Shown: piece by piece, positions 39,370 through 50,868 of the stretch
How the letters are laid out: each line of letters opens with the position of its first letter
Position numbering within the stretch: the stretch's first letter is position 1
Assembly (NCBI GenBank): GCA_964035545.1
Contig: OZ037770.1
Span: forward strand, 11,552,463 to 11,616,462
Direction of reading: 5' to 3'
DNA: 64,000 nt
DNA from: Bugula neritina
Lineage: Eukaryota > Animalia > Bryozoa
The notes under the pieces: model-generated
Told to the model about the DNA's origin: nothing
Database searches by the model: none
Seen by the model: the letters and a program-made list of their open reading frames with translations, nothing else
Program-made: the position numbers and the translations under genes

Positions 39370-40456
39370 ACAGGTATTTGACAGGATATTATTCCATCTT
39401 GTGGTACATTTATTATATTGTTTATCACACTAGACTCTGTTTGAATACATCTGGTGCTCAACTCTGTGTTTTCTACTAATGTACATATTTGTGATGATAT
39501 GTCTGAGATGTACAACTTCTACATATACACTGTGTCTGTTATTTCTAGATGATTCTCAAAGTTGACTTTGTGGACTGAGTTCTTCAACACAAAGCCATGA
39601 TAGAGTGTGGGAGGCTGTATGACGTCCCAGTAACTAACGTATACACCTAAACCTAACTAATTTCAAGTAATAATCCATTTTCTTTTTTATCAAGCCTCTT
39701 CCACACAACCTGCAAGACTTCACGGTATTAAATAGTCTGTAACTTTTTATATATCTAACATGATTTGCATTGAATGGTCATGTAGAGATCAATGTATTTA
39801 TAATGGTTAATCTATGTCTGCATTTCCTACAGACTGAAATACTATTATATCACAATGTTTATTGTTTACTATCAAATATCAACCACTACTACTGCATTAA
39901 TTTTGCTGTTGAAAAGTTGTGTATTTTGACTGATGGCCATAATACATGATTTATTACTTGATTTTTGTCTACACAAGAATTAACTCCATATTGCTAATTA
40001 GATTGTATGTTTGAATTTGATTCTTATTTTCTTTAAATATTCTGTGAAATAAATTGCTTTTTTTGTAGGCTATAAATATTCTTGATGGGACTTCTGAATG
40101 CAACATCACAGAGTTATGTAATAGTTGACTGTATGGTTGTTTTACAGGAAGTTTTGAAACATTACATGCCCTGGCATCTTTGTTTGGAAATCGATTTAGG
40201 CAGCAAGAAGTTTGGGGTCACTGAGTGCATTGGCCAAGGACTTTTCAAGTTTGGGTGTGCACTCTGGGAGCTGAACAATGAACTCAGTGACCTTGAAGTT
40301 TGTGCTTCACTTGACCATAATTTAATAATTCCAACCATAGTGCATAGTTTACTACATAGTTATGACCTATACTAGAGGTGTCCAAATTCAGGGACCAAAG
40401 CTACATGTGATACCTAACCTTTAAACCATGATACTATAAAAGTGTCCAATTTCAAT

Positions 40457-41145
40457 CACCGGCTTTCCATGTACCGATCTCGGCGAGATCGATCCATGGA
40501 AAGACTCCAGATCGATCTGAGAAGTAGAAAAAGACTGTTCGCTAAAATGTTGTCTGCTGATAAAAATGACAACTTACTGATAAATACTAAGCAAATTACT
40601 TAATAATTACGATAGCCACATTTTCAGATGCCAAAACTTTGACTTTCAGTACTATGATTAAAAAAACTCAATTATATAAAATTATAGTCCATAGAAATTA
40701 CAAAAAATTGGAGCATTTAAATTGAATTTAAATGACTAGTAAAACTTACTTTCATTAGTTATTTGCTGCGTAATTTCAAGCTTAACAATCCTGTAAGTTT
40801 ATGAATAATCTGCAAGATAGCTATTAATTTTATTTAAGCTGTTGAGCTAAAAAATTAAAAGTGATTATCTTAAATTGGCTATATTACTTTACACTAAAAG
40901 CTTTGTTGCGTATTGTTTACAAGCACCATTAATTTTTAGACATCAACAATCTTGTTTTTTAACCTCAGCAGCTTTAATCATCCAGATTTGTGAACAAATT
41001 ATACTATTAAAGTACTCTTCACTTAAGAGGAGGCAACTCCGTGAGATCGATCTGACACTTCTCATGGAAAAACGATCGATCTGAGAGGTATGCTCAGATC
41101 GATCTCAGCGAGATCGATCTGAGATCGGTACATGGAAAGCCGGTG
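40457..41145. mobile_element. Family A DNA transposon
   Basis: Same TIRs; near-identical to the 4578-5355 copy apart from a shorter left subterminal region; flanks AAT/ATT; empty site TTCAATCACAA at ~21805. Confidence 0.9.
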
Positions 41146-43044
41146 ATTCACAATAGGTCTGTGTGGACCAACTAATATCTGCTTGTAAACCAAATGGTAG
41201 AGTCTAGAACCAGTATAAGTTATGATAGCATTACTTCCTGTTTACCTGGTCTCCAATAGCAACAATGTTAACATGAATATCAGTCAGGTATTGTGAGGGT
41301 ACATGAAACCTGTATAAGTGTATTTGTAAAGTAATTACTAACGTGGTAGTAGCATATAGTATTGGACAGTCTCTGATATGTTAGTAACATCTTTGAGTTG
41401 TTACACCTGACTTCTCCTTATGGTGATGGTAAGATCCTTTAACCTCAGGTCTAGTCTACTGACAATTTGTAGGACTTTCGGTTTGAGTGACAGTTTGAAA
41501 TCCTTGTGTGGCAACATAACCATCCTAATCATTTGATTGGCTGTTTTAGAAAAATAGTCAAAATGATTAATTATTCCAATATATTCTATAAGCAGTGAAT
41601 AAATTAATAAATTAAAGTGGTTACAGCTATTAATAGCAAAATATTTTACTATAAATACTTCACTATGTCTTATTCCTGCAATAAAATTTACATAATTTAT
41701 ATTCTGTGTAGAGTATAACATAAGCAGTGTAGCAGCCTGTTATATAGAGCTGCTTGGAGATTCTTACTGGGGTTATGATCAAGTTTATTGCTTCAGCATT
41801 TCGGTTCGTAAGAAAGTTGCTTTATTACATTCCCAGACAGTATTTCACATTCTGTAGAGTTTGAAGTAACTACACAGTGTAACTGTTACCAAGAATTAAC
41901 TCACAAATGTTTTCTGTAAATAAAATAATCACATTGTGGTAAGAAGTGAGACTGGTATATTACTAAATACAACTAACAGGACTAATTTTATAATGATGCT
42001 GGATATAAATAACTCAGACACCCTCTGTGGGGGAGACAACAGCCTGCATTATGAACTCATGATATTTCTGACAGCATATCTTAGTGCTGATGTACTTTCT
42101 GCTATATTGACATCTGTTTCATTTGTATCTCAAAGAGTTGGACTTTATTTTGAATGCATAAAGTTATATATAACAATAAGGCTCTATGGTGCAGTAACTG
42201 GTTTATGTACGTTTTCTTTTATACCTGCATTTCAAATAATTACTATACTATTATTTATTACAGCAGATATCGTAGCTACAATAAATCATGACAAATAGTC
42301 TATTATACATGTGATTAAACCTAAATAGTCAAATAAACCGATACCATTTTCGTCACAAAAATGTTAGTGTTTTTAAGGTTGAAAAAATTGAGTATACTTA
42401 TGAAGATAAAGGTCATGGTAACATACACAACATATAGTTTGTTGGCCTTTAAACTGCAGATCTAAATGTCAGACCACAACATAATACTACATCTACATTA
42501 GTTTGAACACAAGTTTATAACTTATATGCATATTATATATTGAAAGACTAAATTCCACACCCATTTCCATATATCCATCCATATTCTAATTAATATTATT
42601 CTTCCCAATAATTGTGGAGTAATTATTCTATATAATACTTTAAAGTTTAAAACCATCTATAATATAATGCGCTTTAAAGTTAAAAACAGAAGAGTCATTA
42701 TTCAAGGAACAGTTGTAGTCTGTATTGGTTAGTAAGGTCATAGCTGCTCCACTGCTAGTACAAACAGAAACTGCACTCAAACCCAAAGATGCCAACATGG
42801 TGAGAGCTCCCTTTGTTTTAAAGGCTGTCATATGGATATCTACTGTAAAGCATAAAAGTGAGATTCACAAAATGATGGGCAAACTACAATGGCATGAAGT
42901 TTTCACCGTTTAATATACCTGAGGGAGCACTGTCTCTAATACTAATTGCGCACAGGTTTTGTTTGGAAAGATAACTCTGAAGGAGGGGTTCGATGCGTAA
43001 TGTTGCTGCAACGTTTATCAAGAGTGTTATTACTATGCGCGTTA

Positions 43045-43054
43045 GGGAATTCCC
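43045..43054. promoter_or_regulatory. NF-kB/Rel-type site upstream of copy 6
   Basis: GGGAATTCCC retained in a more diverged version of the module. Confidence 0.6.
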
Positions 43055-43860
43055 CCAGTCCAAGGAAAGTTTTATTTTAATCCCGCGTCTGCGCATAAAG
43101 GTCTAACACTAACAGGAACTATTACAAGTTACTAGTTACTAAGGTTACCAAGTACTAAGGTCGTCCGTGACGAGGTGAAGTTTGCCTCATTAATAATTGT
43201 TTACCGACAGCAATAACTGTAGGTGTTGGCAAACTTGAAATTGATCTTCATTGTTTTCTAATTTCAGTTTTAAAATCAACTTATTATAATTTTATCATCT
43301 CTAGTTTCAGATAGTTATGTTCATAGTGGCACTCATACTCATAGTCATACTGATACTGTTCCACTAAGTCTCACTCACGTGACTCATAGTGATACTGATA
43401 GTCAGTGACAGTCACACTGACACTCACTCACAGTACCACACTTAGTCTTGCTGTGGCAGCAACTGATCTAGTGTCAGTCACTGTGCCACACAGTTTTGAA
43501 AACGACAATGATTATGATAACATTTCTAATCACTAATCAGCAAGATACTTGTGAATTAGTTACTATTGCTCAATCTCAGGATCATCTTCATGTTGAGTTT
43601 GTATTTCACGTGCTCATGATGATGGTGATCATAGTCATACTCATAATGATATTGAAGTTTAAATTAATAAATAATACAAAGTAAAATATTAGTAAAGCAT
43701 ATGTTTTGTAATTTTAATAAAACTGCTCAACAGAACTTATTAAACTTACAGGGCCTCTGCTGTAGACTGTAGAGGTAGATGCAGTAAGTGTAACAGAAGC
43801 ATTAAAAACCACATATATTTATAACTATTTACAATACAATGATTCAAATTTTTTCACATT

Positions 43861-44225
43861 TGTTATATTGTCAGATTTGAATAAGCAATCCAATATAATT
43901 TGCAATCAAATCAAGTATAATTTATTTCAATCGAACTAAAATTCTCACGCATGAGTTTAACTAACTAGCTGAAATGTAAGGTCCTACTTACTCGACAGTC
44001 TGCGCAAGAGTCCCCTCGTGCAGTCTTTACTTTTACTTTTACTCTCACAATAGCCAATATCCAAGCCGTACAAGCTGGTAGGAAATCTGGTAGGGAATCC
44101 GAATGCTTGTAAGGCAGTTAGCCAATCGCCTCAGGTTAGCTTGTAGCTTATCTGCTAAAGACTATAAACCACATTATATTTCACTAGCGTGCTTAACTAA
44201 CTAGCGTAACACCACGCATGCTCTT

Positions 44226-44303
<78 letters not shown>

Positions 44304-44700
44304 CTCTAAATTACAATATAACCTCGATGTAAGCACAACATCCCTCCAGGACTATTAAAGAAAACAAAACATATGTAAACTACATATTACATGAGTACTT
44401 ATTAATGTAAACAACATATTACATGAGTACTTATTAATGTAAACAACATATTACATGAGTACTTATTAATGTAAAAAACATATTACATGAGTACTTATTA
44501 ATGTAAACAACATATTACATGAGTACTTATTAATGTAAACAACATATTACATAAGTATTTAAAACGAACAAGTAAAGTAAGCAACATATTACATGAAAAT
44601 TTAAAAATGAACAAAAACTACAGGTCACATGTACCCAGAACTAGTACATGTGGTTATCTTGAAATCGTACTGGCATTCTCCGCTCGCGGACTCTAACACC
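43861..44700 (-). mobile_element. 3' fragment of a Ty3/gypsy-like LTR retrotransposon (integrase tail, PPT, 3' LTR 44340-43861)
   Basis: Minus strand: ...VRERRMPVRFQDNHMY* (typical integrase C-tail), a 32-bp tandem repeat at ~44375-44560, purine tract GGAGGGA directly before TGTTG, LTR ends TAACA and contains AATAAA and a (TA)n tract. Confidence 0.7.
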
Positions 44701-45149
44701 GATACTAATATAAACTATGTATAGTTTATATTAGTATCGGTTTGTTATCACATTTGTGTTCCGTGTGTACCATGTGTATTGTAATTGGTAATGTTGACAT
44801 TTTTATGTGTAACGTTATGTAAAACATACACAGCGTTAAAGACTCTAATTAAGTGAAGTTATCTCCACATAACTCTGTATGCTAATGTTTGTTACATACT
44901 GTAGGTGGATCTGGTTGAACGATTTGCAGAGATTAAAGATAAAATACAGAGACTGATATCTGTTGAGATACCTAAACTAGAGCTGTGTGATGTCATGTCT
45001 CTAAAGGTCAAAGGTTAGTATACTAAACTGTAAATTCCTTGTGCTATTTTTCTAGTGCTGAATTTGTTATAAACTTTAGGTTGGGTAAGCTGTAACATCT
45101 CTATTATAGTGATATAATGTGATATTGTTCTAGAGCAGTCACACACTTT

Positions 45150-46995
45150 TACATCACTGATATTATTAAAATGTTTGTATTAATCATGTACCGCCGTGGT
45201 CCTGCGCGGGTGGCAAGTTTCTGCTTGATACCAAGTTCTACCAGACATCTCCATCGAACTCGATCTTCAGCATCTGCGCCATCTAGATCAAGATCAAGCC
45301 ATCTAAAGTCTGAGTTTATTATATCATACCATCTTTGCTTTGGTCTACCCCTAAGTCGAGCTCCTTCAACTGTCATCTCTGACACTCTCCAGATGCCATC
45401 CTCACTTTCTCTCTGTCAAAAATGCCCATACCACTGCATTCGTCTCTTCCATATCAGGTCTTTAATCGGCATCACTCTGGCCTCTGCTGCTATTTCCTCA
45501 TTTGGCTTATGATTTTCTAAACTGATATTCAAGCAGTGTCACAACATGTGCATCTCACAGAATGACATCTTATCAGCCAGAGATCTTGTGATGGGCCATG
45601 TCTCATTTTCATATAGCAAGGTTGATCTGGTAGCTATTTTATAAATCAGCACTTTCAGTTTTGCGGGCATTTTCTTGTCACAGAGCACACCAGACAGCTC
45701 TCTCCACTTATTCCAAGCTTTGGATATTCTCAGCTCAATCTCCCTCCAGCAACCTCCCTCTTGGTGGATTGTTGTACTTGAATTTGGAACCTTTAGGCAG
45801 GCTTTCCATTTCTTGACAACCATACTTCTTTATCCTGATATTTTCTTGGGCTCCAACTGCTGGCAAATGCTCTGTTTTCTTTCGGCTTACTTTCAATCCC
45901 GCTGCCTCTATTTTCTCTCTGCAGATCTCAAACCTTCTTTCTAATCTCTCTATTACTATCGCAAAGGACCAGATCATCAGCAAGTAGCATTGCCCATGAG
46001 CTGTCCTCATTGATATCTTCTGCTAGAACATCCGTAATTATAATAAATAGCAGTGGGCTTAGTGCCAATCCCTGATATAATCCAACTTCAATATGGATTT
46101 TGCTTGTCAACCTGGAGTTTGTCCTAACACTGGTGCTGCAGTCTTCGTACATGTCCTTTATGATGTTGTTGTACTGCTCTGGAACCAACCGTTTCCGTAA
46201 GCAGTACCATATTAGCTCATGCGGTGTGGTGTCATAGGCTTTTTCAAGGCCCATGAACACCATATGAAGCGCTTTGTTGTACTCTCTGTGCTTTTCTTGC
46301 AGTATTCTGAGGCAGAACATAGGTTCTGTAGTTGATTTCCCCTTCTGAAATCCATACTGGTTTTGCTTGATTGTGACTAATTCTCAGATTCTCTGTGCAA
46401 TGATCCTTTCTAATAGTTTAAGGCAGTGGCTTAGCAGTTTTGTCCCCCAGTAGTTTCAACAGTCTAGAGGGTCTCCTTTTTGCTTATATATTGGAAGTTA
46501 TCGTGCGCTCTCTCCAGTCTGGTGGTATCTTTTCAGAGATGATATTGTTCAAACACGCTGTTATCCAGGTGTTTCCTCTCTCTTTCAGCAACTTTATGAT
46601 GTCAATTGGTAGCTGGGCTAGCCCTGTGGTTTGTTGGTTTTCATCTTTCCTATCACGGTGTTGACTTCGTCTTCATGGATTTTGGGTATTGGTCTTTGCA
46701 CTGTTGACTGCCGGGCAGTTCCTCCCTGCTGTTCTCATTATTTAGTAGACCATTGAAGTGCTTTTTCCATATCTTTTTGATTTCCTCATCTTCAGACAGG
46801 ATCTTTCCATCTACGTCCTTGACAAAAGGTATTCTGTCAATATCCTTAGATCTCCAGTGTCTAGTTTTAGCTAGGCAGTGGATGATCTTTGGTCCATTCT
46901 TGTCTAATTCATCATATAAGTTTTCTGATGCTGCTTGTTTTGCTATGGCTACCTTTTCCTTGCTTGTCCTGTTCAGGCTGGTGTATCGTTATATA
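45150..46995 (-). mobile_element. 5'-truncated, frameshifted RTE-clade non-LTR retrotransposon (RT fragment) in copy 6 intron 6
   Basis: Fragments HMVFMGLEKAYD, GLYQGLALSPLLFII, WAMLLADDLV, AWNKWRELSGVLCDKKMP, GARLRGRPKQRW are characteristic of RTE ORFs; split over several frames. Confidence 0.9.
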
Positions 46996-47976
46996 TTGTA
47001 ATATATGAACATAAATATTCAGGCATATTATCTAAAAAGGGCTGTTCATGTGTGTGAAACTACTGGTTAGATAATCTGATTATCTGTCGAAATAGCTCTG
47101 TGTGTAGGTTTACTCAGAGTTTCTATTAATATAACTTATATACATACTCACTTTTATATGACATACATATTTTATATACATACTCACTTATATACAAGTA
47201 TACACACATACACACATATTCACATGTGTATTGTAGAAGAGAAGAGAGATGTAGAACTAGACTTGGTTCCTGCAGCAGACATGATTACTTGTTTAGATCT
47301 TCCTAAATCTCTCAAACTCTCAAAGTCCGTTGATGTTACTAATAGGTGTTCTTCTGTCTGTAAATATGAGGGTAACACTTATGTAGGGCTGTATGGTGCA
47401 GGGATAGGCAGGATAGATGAGAGTTTCAGTGTTTCCAATTCATTTGCCTCTATTACTGACAATGTAAATGGACTCGCAGTACATAAGAACAAGCTGTATG
47501 CCGTACAGCAGATCAGCTACAATAATTGGATAGTACGTGTGTATGATCTTACTGGGAAACAGGTGACCAGCTGGTCCCATTATGATAGTGGTGGTGTAAA
47601 CAAACTTGTTATTGTTGATGGCCAGGTTGTAGTTCCTGATAGAGGCAGTAAAAGACTTACAATCTACTCTCTTACTGGGGAGGTAATTAAACATGTCTCC
47701 TGTCCTATGCTCAGCTATAGCAGTACAGCAATATGTGCAGCAGACAGACATTGTGTAGTAGTTTCTGACTATGGTTCCTCTCAAGTATTTAAATTAGACT
47801 TGACAACAGAGAAAGTCATCTGGACATGCAAGGATGTATCTCATCCGCAAGGTGTGACCTGCTATAGAAGTAAATACATTCTTGTGACTAACAGCAGCAG
47901 TAAAACTACCATCTGGATACTGTATGTGGAGACAGGTTAGTTTTACATTGGTTAGTTAACTACTGTTACCAATATA

Positions 47977-48915
47977 TGTGATGGCTGCTGTCATTTTTGG
48001 TCTCTTGGGGGTCATCCAAGATTTTTACTTTTTAATGTGGATGAATAGAGTAGGACTTTGTGATCACATTGCACTTTAAATTTTTAACATCAGTCAAATA
48101 GAACCAGAAATATGCTAGGTTATACACACAGCGGTCCACAACAAACGACTTTTATTATTGCGAGTAATTAACAGTCAAAGTTCGGCGACTCAAAATTGTA
48201 CTAAATTCGTTGTTTATCTACCTAGCAACAGTGTCTTCAATTAGCTCCATCAGCCCAAAAGTTAATTACCAGGGGTGGTTTTTTATGCTGATCATGAAAA
48301 TATTAATTTAAAATTCATATCTGCAATGTCTTAATCAATATTTCAGAGTTGAGTTCAGTATAATGAGAACATTTTGATGATTATCCTGAGAGATTAATAC
48401 TATAATGCCACGTGGTTTCATAATAAAATCAAACTATTTTGCATCACTGTTGTCACTAAGTTCATCATTACTATTATCACCACTACTCTTCAGTCCTTGT
48501 CCTTAATTTTCAATGTAGAAACATTCTTTTAAATTGTCAATATCTGTTATCTATTAACTTGCAGCGCGATCCAGTCGCCATGTTTATTACTAGTAACAAT
48601 TCTCAGTCAAATTATACCTAACTACGTTGCGCTCTACACTACGCCGCTATTTTAACTATTGTTAAAGGTCGCGCTATTATGCTCTAATCACGTGACCAGC
48701 TTGCCTACCATGGAATGGCTCATTAAAACACCAATCATTTCTAAACCATAGCAGATATCACAAAACTGATTGGACAGCTGGAAAGAGCACATGTTAATTG
48801 ACTATTGCACACTAAAAGCAAAAATTCACCTATTTATGAGAACTATAGATAAAACCCCTTATAACTAACAATAGCGAATAATGCCAAGAGACCAAAACTG
48901 ACGGGAGCCATCACA
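47977..48915. mobile_element. Non-autonomous DNA transposon (TA TSD) in copy 6 intron 7
   Basis: TIR TGTGATGGCTGCTGTCATTTTTGGTCTCTTGG / CCAAGAGACCAAAACTGACGGGAGCCATCACA; empty site ACCAATATATTAGT in other copies. Confidence 0.88.
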
Positions 48916-50868
48916 TATTAGTATTTCTCAGAGTCTCACACTATAAAATATACTATGCTATGTACTAGTGATGACACACTCATACACCATTTCCTGTTAC
49001 AGGTACACTACTGTCCAAAGTAGAAGATCCAACTGGTAGAGCTGAGAGTAGTGTGTGGGATCTTCATGTGTATAAAGACATTTTGATTGTCCCCAGACGT
49101 AAAGAGAAGAAAGTTCTATTTTACCAGCTAAACTAAACAGGTGTGTGACAGGATATTATTCTATCTTGTGGTACATTTATTATACTTTTTATCATACTAG
49201 ACTCTGTTTGAATACATCTGGTGCTCAACTCTGTGTTTTCTACTAATGTACATATTTGTGATGATATATCTGAGATGTACAACTTCTACATATACACTGT
49301 GTCTGTTATTTCTAGATGATTCCCAAAGTTGACTCGGTCGACTGAGCACTTTAACACAGAGCTATGATAGAGTGTGAAAGACAGTATGACTTATAGACAA
49401 ACATATTTAATTTCAACTTTCAAGTAGAAGTTATTTTATTTATACCTAACACAATTGGAATGATTTCAACGTATAAGCTAAATCAACTGGAACTTGAGAA
49501 TGTCTATAAAATCTTGAAGCTGAACGTAAAGATGGTGGTAACTTTATATCTATTGAACCAGAACCCTTTAGTTCAGCGGTGGTAACTCTATTTCTATATC
49601 TACTTCGACGTATTGGTTTATATTGAAAGTCATTTAGAGTAGTAATAGTTGTAACTTTTAATTTGTATCTGTAAAGGCTGAAATGCATCGTATTGAAGAC
49701 TTTTTTTTAAAATATCAACTATCTGTGTTTTTTTATCAAAAGCTAAATTAATGTTTCCTGTAACATACCAACATGTTGTACATTGATTACGTAATGCTGC
49801 GTAACTACTCTATCAACAAATACCAACCACTGCTACATTCTTATTCTTATATTTTTGGCAAGACAACATTATACCTAACATATTTATTTTGAAATGTTAA
49901 AGGTAGTAGTTGATGTGATAAAATAAAATCAGAACGCAATGTTTGTGCTCAGAAGCTTCCCTATGCAATACCTACTAAGTGGCAACCACTAGTACATTCA
50001 ATTCACTGTGACTGTTTTACATATAATTTAGCTTTGAAACTGTAAGGCTCATGTGATAAAGTGCATATTAGGAAGTTACCCATATTTTCTTTATTACAAT
50101 GCAAGGTCAATAGATCTTAAGTTTCCTGTAATGTGGAGTCTAGGGCCTTTATCTATGGCTATAAAGATTATCTGATTGGGTCTCTCAATATAATCATACA
50201 GGTTAATATGACAGTTTAATGCATAGCTGCTTTTTTCACACCAAGTTGGTGAATAATGGCATGCTATCTTTTATAAGTATAGTGCATAGTTGTCACTATA
50301 CATAAATTTTATCATCCATATATGAAGGGTACTGTGATTTGTCATATTTTTCAGACTCACTCCAAAGAAATCAATTCAGTGAAAAACATCGCATTTAGCT
50401 ACCTTTTTCTAACAACCTTTTGGTTCTTTTAGGACTTTGAGGGCACCTAAGAGACCTCTGATAAACTTTAGGAACTGTATAAAATGCAAAGATAGGTTAA
50501 TATGATGTCCAATTTCAATATCAGCAATCCCAAACTTTTTGATGTAAGTAGAGTTGTCTACACCAGAAAAACGAATGATTTTGTATTGGTGCGGTAATTT
50601 ATCGGTTTGGCTATAAAACTAGAACGATAGAAAGCTCTTTGGTTAAATTTTACTAGATTTGACTCTTTTATGCCAAAGGCCGTAAATCTTTCTTTGTGCC
50701 AATCATAATAAAAAATACGCTAGTACAATAGTATCATTATGTGGTAGTACTAGTAGAAGTATAGTCAGACTCATGGTGTAACTGTAATTAATTAATAAAT
50801 TCCATCATTATAACATTATGATTATAAATAAATATTATGTGTGCACACAAAAGTTATAGTTAACTATC

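Larger units (their letters stand above)
44905..49136 (+). pseudogene. TRIM-like copy 6, 5'-deleted (only exons 6-8: linker plus propeller)
   Basis: Exons 44905-45013, 47237-47935, 49003-49136 are open with intact splice sites. No RING, B-box or coiled-coil exons lie between its upstream module (to ~43860) and intron 5 (from ~44715). Confidence 0.82.
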
